A stretch of DNA of 64,000 nucleotides from positions 50,537 through 114,536 of the forward strand of contig JABZFP010000029.1 in assembly GCA_014237395.1 (NCBI GenBank), given 5' to 3'. Shown piece by piece: positions 19,307 to 27,619 of this stretch. The number at the start of each line of letters is the position of its first letter. Position 1 is the stretch's first letter. Below the pieces are notes generated by a model. It made no database searches, was not told where the DNA came from, and saw nothing but the letters and a program-made list of their open reading frames with translations. Both the position numbers and the translations under genes were made by a program. The DNA is from Desulfobacteraceae bacterium (GTDB lineage Bacteria; Desulfobacterota; Desulfobacteria; Desulfobacterales; UBA5852).

Positions 19307-20512
19307 ATGACACCCGCCAGCGATACGACCCGCAAAGCCCTGTCGCGCCGCATCAAACAACACGTGATCGGCCGGCCGCAGGATTTCTACACCATCACCC
19401 TGCCGGGGCTTGAATCCCTCTGCCGCGGGGAACTGGCCGCCTTGGACGATCCACCCGCCGAATTTCACCTAAGCAAGGGCGGCGTAGCCTTCCAGGGACG
19501 CCTGACGTCCTGTTACCAGGCCAACCTGATGTGCCGCACCGCCAGCCGTGTTCTCATGCGCATTCAGCAATGCAAGGCCCGGCATTTCGATGAACTCGAA
19601 GAGCGCGTCCGGGCCGTGCCCTGGGAACTCTATCTGAAGATCAATGCGTCTATCAAGGTGCGCGTCAGCATTCGCCGGTCGAAGCTTTACCACAGCCAGG
19701 CCGTGTCGGAACGCATTCTGAAAGCCGTATCCGCACGATTGGCCCTGCATGGTCGCAAGGATGCCGGCACGGAACGCGAAGGCCCCGTCCAGTGCATCTG
19801 GGCCCGTCTACAGGAAGATCGACTCACCCTTTCGTTGGATAGCTCCGGGGACCCCCTGCATAAACGCGGGATCAAAACCACCGGCGGCCCGGCCCCCTTG
19901 CGGGAAACGCTTGCCGCCGGGGCCCTTATGCAGGCGGGGTTTGACAGCGAAACCGTTCTCTGCGACCCCATGTGCGGCAGCGGCACCTTTGCCCTGGAAG
20001 CGGCCATGATGGTGAAACAGGTTCCGCCGGGGGGGCAACGATCCTTCGCCTTTATGGACTGGCCGGCCTTCCGGACGCCCCACTGGGACTATCTTCGCAA
20101 CCGGGCCGCTGTTCCGGCGTCCCCCCTGCCAGCACCACGCATCCAGGCCTCCGACCGCAGCCGGACCGCCGTCGACCGACTGGCGGCCCTGTTGCCGACA
20201 TCCGGTCTGGCAGACGTCATCGATCTGCAGCAGCAGGATTTCTTCGATCTCAGCGCCCCGCCAACGGGTCATCGCCGGGGGCTGATCGCGCTCAACCCGC
20301 CCTATGGCCGGCGCCTGGGCCAACCCGAGGCAACCCCCCGCCTGATTGGCGAAATCCTGCACAAGCTGCAACGGGATTTTCGCGGCTGGCGCATGCTGAT
20401 GATCCTGCCCGAGCAGCACCTCATCCGGCAGGTTCCCTTCCCGGTCGACGCCCAAACCGTGATGCACGGCGGGCGGCCAGTGTGGCTGACCATAGGAGAC
20501 GTGCCCGCATGA
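19307..20512 (+). CDS. THUMP-domain class I SAM-dependent RNA (RlmL/COG0116-like) [17 protein letters not shown]
   Basis: 401 aa with DPMCGSGTFALEA (motif I) and LNPPYGRRLG (NPPY motif). Confidence 0.8.
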   Translation: MTPASDTTRKALSRRIKQHVIGRPQDFYTITLPGLESLCRGELAALDDPPAEFHLSKGGVAFQGRLTSCYQANLMCRTASRVLMRIQQCKARHFDELEERVRAVPWELYLKINASIKVRVSIRRSKLYHSQAVSERILKAVSARLALHGRKDAGTEREGPVQCIWARLQEDRLTLSLDSSGDPLHKRGIKTTGGPAPLRETLAAGALMQAGFDSETVLCDPMCGSGTFALEAAMMVKQVPPGGQRSFAFMDWPAFRTPHWDYLRNRAAVPASPLPAPRIQASDRSRTAVDRLAALLPTSGLADVIDLQQQDFFDLSAPPTGHRRGLIALNPPYGRRLGQPEATPRLIGEILHKLQRDFRGWRMLMILPEQHLIRQVPFPVDAQTVMHGGRPVWLTIGDVPA

Positions 20513-22515
20513 CGCAGACCCTCAAATTTGCCTGCCCCCTGGATTGTTTCGATGCCTGCGGCCTCTTGGCCGAAGTCGCCGACGGCCGCGTGGTCGGTCT
20601 CAAAGGCGACCCCGCTCACCCCGTGACCCGGGGCCGCATCTGCGTGAAGGGCAAAAAACTGCTGGAACGCTTATATCACCCCCAACGCCTGCTGGCCCCC
20701 CGCTTGAAAGACGGCGAAAAGTGGAAAACGATTCCCTGGGAAACGGCGATCGACATCGTGGCCCGGCAGTTTGAAAACGCTATCCAAACATACGGCCGCC
20801 ATGCCATTCTCTACTATGCCGACAGCGGCTACGGTGGTCTGGTAAAATCCGTGGACCGCCTTTTCTTCAATCGCCTGGGCGGCGTTACCGTGCCCCGGGG
20901 CAGCCTGTGCTGGGCCGCCGGGATGGCCGCCCAACGTTATGATTTCGGCGATGTCCGCGGCCATGCACCCCACGACCTGGTCCAGGCGCGTTGTATCGTC
21001 ATCTGGGGCCGCAACCCGGTCGCCACCAACCCGCACCTGATGCCCTTCCTGCAAAAGGCCCGGCAGCAAGGCGCCCGGCTGATCGTCATCGATCCGATCA
21101 AAACCCTGAGCGCCCGGCAGGCGGACATCCACCTGCAGCCCCGCCCCGGAACCGACGGCGCCCTGGCCTTGGGCATGGCCCATCATCTGGTAGCGTCCAA
21201 TCGCGTCGATGACGCCTTTCTCTCCCGACACACCCATGGCTTCAACCGTTTCGCCGACAGCCTGCAGGCCCTCACACCGGAGGCTGCCGCCGCCGTCACT
21301 GGCCTGGATGCAAACACAATTCGCCGCACCGCCGAACAATATGCAGACCGGATACCGTCCAGCATCATTATCGGCATGGGCCTCCAGCGCTATACCAACG
21401 GCGGCCAAACCGTGCGCTGCATCGACGCCCTGGCGGCCCTGACCGGCAACATTGGGCGCTCCGGGGGCGGCGTCAACTACGCCAACCGATCCATCACCCG
21501 CTGGATCGACCGGGACGGCGGCGCCCAGAGCGACGCGCCGCCGCCGGACCCGCGCACTTTTCCGCTGCCCCGCATGGCCCATTTTCTCCGGTCGGCAAAA
21601 ACCCCTCCCATTAAAGTCATAATGGTCGCCAAAGCCAACCCGCTCGTTCAGGTCCCAGACAGCCGGGCCATGCAAGCGGCCTTTGCCCGGGTGCCCTTCA
21701 AAATCGTCATCGACATGTTCATGACCGATACGGCCCGCGCCGCCGATCTGGTCCTGCCCTGCACCAGCATCCTGGAGGAGGAAGACCTGGTTTACAGTTC
21801 CATGTTTTCGCCTTACCTGAATTACGCCCGCCAGGTCGTTGCCCCACCGGGAGACCTGCTCAGCGAATACGACTTGTTCCGGCATCTCGCGCGGCGCCTG
21901 AACCTCAGCGGCTATCCCGACATCCCGGCGCGGCACTTTCTGGAAAATGCCATCCGGCCCCTGACCCGTGAATTCGGCCTGACCATCGACCGCCTGCAGA
22001 CCGCGCCCTTCAAGCTGCCGCATGACGATGTCCCCTGGCCGGACGGAAAATTCGCCACCCCATCCGGACGCTACGAATTTTATTCCAACAAGGCCAGGCA
22101 GGACGGTGGTCCACCGCTGCCCACCTACATCCCGCCCCTGGACGCATCGCCGGCCTTTACGCTCCGCCTCTTGACGCCTCACCATGCCCATTCCCTGCAC
22201 TCGCAGCATTTCGCCTTTCGCGATGACGTGCCGGTGGCGTCGATTCACCCGGATGCCCCCGAACGGCAGGGATTGGCATCCGGCCAGGCCATTCAAGTGG
22301 TGAGCCCGCAGGGGCAGATCCCGGCAAGGCTTGAACCGGACCCGGGCGTCCCCCCGGGAATCCTTAAAATCGACCAGGGCTGGTGGCACCAGAGTGGCGC
22401 CGTCAATCGCCTCACGCGCGACACCCTCTCCGATATGGGCGAGAATGCGGCTTTCTTCGAAACTTTCTGCCGGATCGAACCCGCCCCGGACAAACAAGGA
22501 GGCCATACCCCATGA
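20509..22515 (+). CDS. molybdopterin-dependent oxidoreductase (MopB family, cytoplasmic, substrate unknown)
   Basis: Start ATG 20509 overlaps the upstream stop as ATGA. N-terminal FeS motif CPLDCFDAC...CVKG, no Tat signal, and C-terminal molydop_binding-like region. The ORF-track extension from 19972 is out-of-context read-through. Confidence 0.85.
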   Translation: MTQTLKFACPLDCFDACGLLAEVADGRVVGLKGDPAHPVTRGRICVKGKKLLERLYHPQRLLAPRLKDGEKWKTIPWETAIDIVARQFENAIQTYGRHAILYYADSGYGGLVKSVDRLFFNRLGGVTVPRGSLCWAAGMAAQRYDFGDVRGHAPHDLVQARCIVIWGRNPVATNPHLMPFLQKARQQGARLIVIDPIKTLSARQADIHLQPRPGTDGALALGMAHHLVASNRVDDAFLSRHTHGFNRFADSLQALTPEAAAAVTGLDANTIRRTAEQYADRIPSSIIIGMGLQRYTNGGQTVRCIDALAALTGNIGRSGGGVNYANRSITRWIDRDGGAQSDAPPPDPRTFPLPRMAHFLRSAKTPPIKVIMVAKANPLVQVPDSRAMQAAFARVPFKIVIDMFMTDTARAADLVLPCTSILEEEDLVYSSMFSPYLNYARQVVAPPGDLLSEYDLFRHLARRLNLSGYPDIPARHFLENAIRPLTREFGLTIDRLQTAPFKLPHDDVPWPDGKFATPSGRYEFYSNKARQDGGPPLPTYIPPLDASPAFTLRLLTPHHAHSLHSQHFAFRDDVPVASIHPDAPERQGLASGQAIQVVSPQGQIPARLEPDPGVPPGILKIDQGWWHQSGAVNRLTRDTLSDMGENAAFFETFCRIEPAPDKQGGHTP

Positions 22516-23018
22516 ATGCCAAACCCGCATCGGCCAGCCGGGCCATTCTAACCCATTTTCTGCTACCGGAAGACGCCAACCCGGCCGGCAATATTCACGG
22601 TGGCGTCATCATGAAACACATCGACAGCGCAGCCGGCGTAGCCGCCTTCCGGCACGCCCGCCGCAATGTGGTGACCGCCTCCATCGACCGTCTGGATTTC
22701 ATCCACCCGGCATTTGTCGGCAACCTTCTGATTCTCAAGGCCAGCGTCAACCTGGCCGGGCGGACCTCCATGGAGGTTGGCGTACGGGCCGAAACCGAAA
22801 ATCTCCTGAGCGGTGAAATCCGGCATGTGGCGTCGGCCTTTTTGACCTTTGTGGCCCTGGACGAAGCCGGCCATCCCACCCCGATCCCGTCCCTGACCTG
22901 TGAAACCGAAAAGCAGAGACACCGCCACCGCATGGCCCAGGCCCGCCGCAAAACCCGCCTGGCCGAAAAACAACGGGAAGACGCCTGCGACGACGACCCC
23001 GACCAGTGTCTGTCGTAA
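22512..23018 (+). CDS. acyl-CoA thioesterase (hotdog fold, YciA-like)
   Basis: Start ATG 22512 overlaps the upstream stop as ATGA. Contains LPEDANPAGNIHGGVIMKHIDSAAG...SIDRLDFIHP. Confidence 0.85.
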   Translation: MNAKPASASRAILTHFLLPEDANPAGNIHGGVIMKHIDSAAGVAAFRHARRNVVTASIDRLDFIHPAFVGNLLILKASVNLAGRTSMEVGVRAETENLLSGEIRHVASAFLTFVALDEAGHPTPIPSLTCETEKQRHRHRMAQARRKTRLAEKQREDACDDDPDQCLS

Positions 23019-23120
23019 TGTCCGATGGTGACCCGGAGCTTTATTTCCCGTTAAACTGTCTTATGATGTTTGAAAGTATGCGGTTACGCTAATCAAGAAG
23101 CACCTTTATTAATTCTATTT

Positions 23121-23226
23121 GACGGCTTCGAAAATTGTTCAAGATCAAGGCGTGCAAGTTGTGAGGAGCGAGGCGTGCTCAATGCACGCCGCAGTGACGA
23201 AGAGCGCCGCGCAACGCAGATATTGG
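23121..23226. repeat. structured palindromic repeat, copy R2 (left arm + core; interrupted by IS)
   Basis: Left arm GACGGCTTCGAAAATTG (23121-23137). Core about 80% identical to R4. Central hairpin GGCGTGC-tcaat-GCACGCC (23172-23190). Core ends at gatattgg (23226). Confidence 0.75.
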
Positions 23227-23239
23227 ACTTTTTCCTATG

Positions 23240-23437
23240 TGGTCCCATGTCAAGGAGAAAGCGTTAAGCAAACAAATGCCCTTTTCCTATCCGCATCTAA
23301 AAATGCATAGTACCGATTCGGTACACAAAAAAGCGAGCCGCCATTTACGAAGCGCCCTCAAGGGGCCAAAAGTCCGCCGCGGCCATCGCCCTGAGACTGT
23401 TTGCTTGTTTCTCCTTAACGACTATTTCCAATCAGAG
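23240..23437 (-). ncRNA. candidate bridge/seek guide RNA of the IS110-family element
   Basis: Long-range pairing of 23252-23260 with 23408-23416 and of 23268-23274 with 23398-23404. Internal hairpin GTACCG-att-CGGTAC (23310-23324). Encloses cttttcctat (23281-23290), which copies the IS end tttttcctat (23229-23238), and atttacgaagc (23343-23353), which is identical to the flank at 24589-24599. Strand is not established. Confidence 0.4.
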
Positions 23438-24517
23438 TTATGCTGCCATGCCACGCACTTGATAACTTCGTTGCTGCGTGCTCAATCGCCACAAAATGAT
23501 GGCCAAATCCCTCGCCAACGCCACGATTACTTTTTGCGGCACAGCGGTTTTAGCGACGATCCGTTGATACTTCCCCCCCGCCAATTCATCTTTGCGACGC
23601 CAACACCAGGCGGCCTCAACCAGCAAACTGCGCAAACGTTTCTGTCCCACGGGCCTCAATTTTGCCCGCCCCTTGCTCTCTCCGCTTTGCCGCACCATGG
23701 GGGCAAGACCCAGATAGCTGGCCACCTGATTGGCCGACTTAAAGCGCAAGGGGTCAAACAACTCCAGCAGGAAGGTCGCCGCGGTAATCGGACCAACCCC
23801 AGGCGCTGTTTGAAGACACTCAAAAGCTTTTTCATGGTCGCCCTGACGACATACCGCTCTGAGCTGTTTTTCGATATGTTGTCTTTCTTTGAGCAAAAAA
23901 GCCAACTCACGCACCAGGCTTCTAAGCGTATCTTTGGCCGAGGTTTGCAACGGCAGCTTCCAAAGCGCTTTGACCCCCTTGTCGCTCCAGTGCGCCAGAC
24001 CGGCCGGTTCCTTTACGCCAAGATACAGCAAGTGCGAACGGATCCTCTGTTTGACCGTACGAATCGAATCAACCAGGTCGTGACGACGACGCACCAGGCT
24101 GCGTTGCGCCTCTTGGGCCCTGCTGGGAACAGCGATCCCCTTGAGGATCCCGTTGGCAGAATAACGGGCCAGTCGTATGCAATCGAGTCGATCGGTCTTG
24201 GCACCTTGCGTCACCGGTCGGGGTACACGGTTGGGGGCTACCACCAACACCTTAATATCCCCCTCTTCAAGCAGACGGGCCAACTCAAATCCGGTCGGTC
24301 CGGCTTCGTAGGCTACCTGCACGATCTGAGGGCTAAATTTTTGCAACTGCTTAACCACCAACGCGGGGTCGGCCGGACTGACAAAAGTCTGCAAAAACCC
24401 GCTAATTCCATGGAAGGCAACATGATAGCTGTTTTTATGAACATCGATACCAACGTGAAAAAGATCACTTTGGGTTTCCAAAACTTCGCTCAACCGTGCT
24501 AAATTAACTTTTGCCAT
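23438..24517 (-). CDS. IS110-family transposase (DEDD/RuvC-like N-domain + Transposase_20 C-domain)
   Basis: 359 aa with HVGIDVHKNSY near the N-terminus and LQTAPGVGPITAATFLLEL...FKSANQVASYLGLAPMVRQSGES in the C-terminal half. Confidence 0.92.
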   Translation of the reverse strand: MAKVNLARLSEVLETQSDLFHVGIDVHKNSYHVAFHGISGFLQTFVSPADPALVVKQLQKFSPQIVQVAYEAGPTGFELARLLEEGDIKVLVVAPNRVPRPVTQGAKTDRLDCIRLARYSANGILKGIAVPSRAQEAQRSLVRRRHDLVDSIRTVKQRIRSHLLYLGVKEPAGLAHWSDKGVKALWKLPLQTSAKDTLRSLVRELAFLLKERQHIEKQLRAVCRQGDHEKAFECLQTAPGVGPITAATFLLELFDPLRFKSANQVASYLGLAPMVRQSGESKGRAKLRPVGQKRLRSLLVEAAWCWRRKDELAGGKYQRIVAKTAVPQKVIVALARDLAIILWRLSTQQRSYQVRGMAA

Positions 24518-24589
24518 GTTGGTTCCTCCTTTGCTGAATAAGTTCGTGGCAACGTCCTTATTCTAACATCGTTTGGGACCAACATGGTA

Positions 24590-24603
24590 TTTACGAAGCC
24601 GTC
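24590..24603. repeat. displaced right arm of repeat R2
   Basis: The 15-nt right arm aTTTACGAAGCCGTC (24589-24603; its first nt is counted with the IS/flank junction) pairs 14/15 with the reverse complement of the first 15 nt of the left arm (23121-23135). It closely resembles the R5 right arm TTTTACGAAACCGTC. Confidence 0.7.
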
Positions 24604-24618
24604 TATAAGGAGGAACAC

Positions 24619-25122
24619 ATGGCCCAAGTAACTTTAAAAGGCAATCCCGTGCAGACCATCGGTAACCTGCCCGCCGTCAGCGAGGCGGCACCCGGCTTTA
24701 CCCTGGTCGATAAGGATCTCAAGGAAATCTCGCTGCAGGACTATGCCGGTCAAAAAGTAGTGTTGAATATCTTTCCGAGTATCGATACCCCCACCTGCGC
24801 CATGTCGGTGCGCCGGTTCAATGCCGAGATCGGCAAACACGGCAATGCCGTGGCGGTTTGTGCGTCAATGGATCTGCCGTTTGCCCATGGCCGATTCTGC
24901 GGCGCCGAAGGCCTTGAAAAGGTGGTGTCGGCCTCCGCCTTTCGCCATCCTGAATTCGGGAATCACTATGGCGTCAGCATCACGGACGGACCCCTGAAAG
25001 GCCTTTTTGCACGCGCCGTGGTGGTCGTGGACGAAAACGGCAAGGTCGCCTATCACCAGCTCGTTCCTGAAATTGCCGACGAACCCGATTACGATGCCGC
25101 CCTGCAGGCCCTGGCGGGCTGA
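24619..25122 (+). CDS. tpx: thiol peroxidase (atypical 2-Cys peroxiredoxin)
   Basis: 167 aa with VTLKGNPV...APGFTLVDKDL...VLNIFPSIDTPTCA. RBS aaggagg at 24607. Confidence 0.93.
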   Translation: MAQVTLKGNPVQTIGNLPAVSEAAPGFTLVDKDLKEISLQDYAGQKVVLNIFPSIDTPTCAMSVRRFNAEIGKHGNAVAVCASMDLPFAHGRFCGAEGLEKVVSASAFRHPEFGNHYGVSITDGPLKGLFARAVVVVDENGKVAYHQLVPEIADEPDYDAALQALAG

Positions 25123-25226
25123 TTGGATCGGGGATCGAACCATCGCACCGGCCGGCCCCACGTTGAAAACAGGCCGGACCATACGAGGGTAACGCGCCGC
25201 CCATCCGTGTGAGACGGGACACGACC

Positions 25227-26219
25227 ATGTATCTGGCTGCCATCCCTGAAAAACAATGGCATCGCTTTGTGATCCGGGAATCCTACTGGGATCGCGGCTG
25301 CTTCCGCAGCCGCGACCTGGTGGAGCTGGGGCCGGATCCCTCGCAATACATCGTCTATCCCGGCGGAAGGGCCTATTACATCGATCCGAACCTGGAAGAC
25401 CAGATCCGGGACCAGGGGGGCGATCCCGACCCGGATGCCCTGGACGATATGCTCTGGCCCTTTGTGGACAAGGAGATCCGTCATGCCGTGGGCGCCTTTC
25501 GTGAGCGTCAGGCGCCGCGCGAAAGCCTGATTCCCTCCGAGACGCCTCAGCCGGTCCATCTCTTCGATAAACGCCGGGTTCATTTTCTGCGCTTCGGCCG
25601 CATGGACCAGGGGCCCATCGGCCGGGTGCCGGGTAAAATTTTCCGCCCCGTCCGAAACCGGTCCCGCGATGAAATCGAGCAGTATTTCCTGCAGGCCGAG
25701 CGTATCCTTAAAGCCCATGAACGCAAAGCGTACGTGTATGTCATCTTCGACCTGCAGCGGTTCTTCAGCGAACTGTGCGCCAAGGCCATGCCCGAGGCAC
25801 TGGACCAGGAAATCGTCGACGACTATTTCGTCAAGGAGCTCTGCCGCCTCAATGCCGACAAAGCCTTCTGGGCCGGCATGCCCATGCACGACCATCTGGC
25901 AGCCTACCTCGTGCGCTACCTCAGCATGTATTTTGACATGGACTACGGCCACCAGAATCTGATGGAGACGCTTTTTAACCAGTTTCGCAATGCCCACCGG
26001 CGCCATCAATGGCCGGCGAAAAAAAACCAGGTATCCTTCGCTGACGCCAGTTCGGTCTTCGGCGTTAGTGCCGATACCCTCAAAAAGATGACCCGCCGGG
26101 AACTCTCCCGGTTGTTCCGGCAAAAAGCCATGGCACAACACCCTGATCAGGGCGGTCGGCCGCGTGATTTCATCCGTCTCTCCGAGGCTTATAAATCCAT
26201 CATGCAGTCCAAGCGCTGA
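25227..26219 (+). CDS. J-domain protein with uncharacterised N-terminal region
   Basis: C-terminal LSRLFRQKAMAQHPDQGG...FIRLSEAYKSI contains the HPD motif. The first ~270 aa have no family I recognise. Confidence 0.7.
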   Translation: MYLAAIPEKQWHRFVIRESYWDRGCFRSRDLVELGPDPSQYIVYPGGRAYYIDPNLEDQIRDQGGDPDPDALDDMLWPFVDKEIRHAVGAFRERQAPRESLIPSETPQPVHLFDKRRVHFLRFGRMDQGPIGRVPGKIFRPVRNRSRDEIEQYFLQAERILKAHERKAYVYVIFDLQRFFSELCAKAMPEALDQEIVDDYFVKELCRLNADKAFWAGMPMHDHLAAYLVRYLSMYFDMDYGHQNLMETLFNQFRNAHRRHQWPAKKNQVSFADASSVFGVSADTLKKMTRRELSRLFRQKAMAQHPDQGGRPRDFIRLSEAYKSIMQSKR

Positions 26220-26336
26220 AGATTCCCGGACGCGACGGCCATCTGCCTTGACAAGCCGAGCATTCACGCCTAATCTGCGCCTGCTTTATCAATCGCCCGA
26301 AAGGAGAATCGCCGGGACACCGGCGTTGACAAGTTA

Positions 26337-26897
26337 ATGACCCTATCGCAGCACACACCGAACTTGCCACCCATCATCACCGTCGTCGGGTTTTCCGATG
26401 CCGGTAAAACCACCATTATCGAAAAACTGGTGCCGGAATTGAAACAGCGCGGCTACCGGGTGGGCACCGTCAAGCACGCCGCCCACGGATTCGCCGTCGA
26501 CCGTGAAGGCAAAGACAGTTGGCGCCACCAGCAAGCGGGGGCCGATATCGTGGCGGTGGCCGGACCCGATAAAATTGCCATGGTGATCAACACCCCCGAC
26601 GACATCCTGGCGACCCTGCGCCGGATGATGACCGGTGTCGATCTGATGCTGGCGGAAGGATTCAAATCCGCGCGGCTGCCCAAGCTGGAAGTGCTGCGGA
26701 AAGCCGTTCACGCCAATCCGCTGTTTCTCGAAGACCCCAACCTTTTTGCCCTCGTGACGGATATCGCCATGCCGTCCCCGGCCGCCAACGGCCTGTCGGT
26801 TTTCGGTTTGGAGGACACCCCGGCCCTGGCGGACCTGATCGTCGAGCGATTTCTCACGCCAACCACGGCAGCCGATACCTTCGATCGCTGCGGATGA
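26337..26897 (+). CDS. mobB: molybdopterin-guanine dinucleotide biosynthesis adapter MobB
   Basis: IITVVGFSDAGKTTIIEKLVPELKQRGYRVGTVKHAAHGF...GKDSWRH. Confidence 0.9.
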   Translation: MTLSQHTPNLPPIITVVGFSDAGKTTIIEKLVPELKQRGYRVGTVKHAAHGFAVDREGKDSWRHQQAGADIVAVAGPDKIAMVINTPDDILATLRRMMTGVDLMLAEGFKSARLPKLEVLRKAVHANPLFLEDPNLFALVTDIAMPSPAANGLSVFGLEDTPALADLIVERFLTPTTAADTFDRCG

Positions 26898-27619
26898 ATC
26901 ATGAACCCGCATCGCCGGCCGGCCTGACGTGGCCACCCCTCGTCCGGGGAACGCTGATCAAACGCTACAAGCGGTTTCTGGCCGACGTGATACTGGAAAA
27001 CGGCACGACGGTCACCGCGCATTGCCCGAACACCGGCAGCATGACCGACTGCTGCGAACCGGGCCGCCCCGTCTACCTGTCGGTTCACGACAACCCCAAA
27101 CGAAAATACCCCTATACCTGGGAGCTCATCCAGATGCCGGACTCACTGGTGGGGGTCAACACACTGGTGCCCAACCGGCTCGTCAAACATGCGATTCGGA
27201 CCGATCAGGTTGCGCCGCTGCGGGGTTATACCGAAGTGCGGTCCGAAGTTCAGATGGGCGCCCGCTCCCGGGTGGATCTGATGCTACAGGACGATGACCG
27301 CGGCACCTGTCATGTGGAAATCAAGAATTGCACCATGGTTAGAGACGGCCTGGCGCGCTTCCCGGACGCGGTCACGACCCGGGGCTTGAAGCACTTGCAT
27401 GAACTTACGGCTCAGCTTTCCGAGCGTAACCGCAGCGTCATGTTCTACCTTATCCAGCGCATGGATGCGGAAGAATTTCGTCCAGCCGATGATATCGATC
27501 CCGCCTATGGTAAAGCCCTGCGGCAGGCGGTGGCGCGAGGTGTTGAAATTCTCGCCTATGATGTCCATATTGACCTGAATGAAATCCGCCTCAATCAGCA
27601 CCGGCCCTGCCGCCTGTGA
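26894..27619 (+). CDS. sfsA: DNA/RNA nuclease SfsA (sugar fermentation stimulation protein)
   Basis: GTLIKRYKRFLADVILENGTTVTAHCPNTGSM...VEIKNCT. The start overlaps the mobB stop. Confidence 0.9.
   Translation: MNHEPASPAGLTWPPLVRGTLIKRYKRFLADVILENGTTVTAHCPNTGSMTDCCEPGRPVYLSVHDNPKRKYPYTWELIQMPDSLVGVNTLVPNRLVKHAIRTDQVAPLRGYTEVRSEVQMGARSRVDLMLQDDDRGTCHVEIKNCTMVRDGLARFPDAVTTRGLKHLHELTAQLSERNRSVMFYLIQRMDAEEFRPADDIDPAYGKALRQAVARGVEILAYDVHIDLNEIRLNQHRPCRL

Larger units (their letters stand above)
23227..24588 (-). mobile_element. IS110-family insertion sequence (IS1111-like layout), about 1.36 kb
   Basis: Bounded by the two halves of repeat R2. Subterminal 8-bp inverted repeat TGGTCCCA (23240-23247) / TGGGACCA (24574-24581). 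Single DEDD transposase. Long (~210 nt) non-coding end lies 3' of the transposase. Boundaries are good to about +/-10 nt. Confidence 0.75.

Noticed and set aside
20671-22530. Very long ORFs antisense to confidently assigned genes. Examples: 20671-22530(-) 619 aa, 29913-31571(+) 552 aa, 49690-51459(+) 589 aa, 18101-19159(+), 9356-10129(-), 25089-26267(-), 61680-62786(-), 13726-14697(-), 40250-40834(-), 51707-52471(-).
   Set aside because: These are shadow ORFs typical of high-GC DNA. Their translations are Gly/Arg/Pro/His-rich with no motifs, while the opposite strand encodes proteins with clear family signatures (MopB, CooS, octaheme cytochrome, and others).
23070-23310. Short ORFs running through the repeat copies (for example 23070-23267, 23119-23310, and parts of 37027-37500 and 56415-56894), read as a conserved peptide.
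   Set aside because: The reading frame and the start/stop positions are not conserved between copies. Substitutions preserve base pairing rather than codons.
23237-24502. 421-aa ORF on the plus strand covering the IS.
   Set aside because: It is antisense to the IS110-family transposase, which has clear DEDD and Transposase_20 motifs. The plus-strand translation is low-complexity and has no motif.
23343-24599. The 11-bp direct repeat ATTTACGAAGC (23343-23353 and 24589-24599), read as a target-site duplication marking the IS ends.
   Set aside because: IS110-family elements do not make long TSDs. The subterminal inverted repeat (23240-23247 / 24574-24581) and the break point of repeat R2 (23226) place the IS end about 115 nt further left, so the internal 11-mer lies inside the element. 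I kept this as the alternative hypothesis to be excluded in the bridge-RNA finding.
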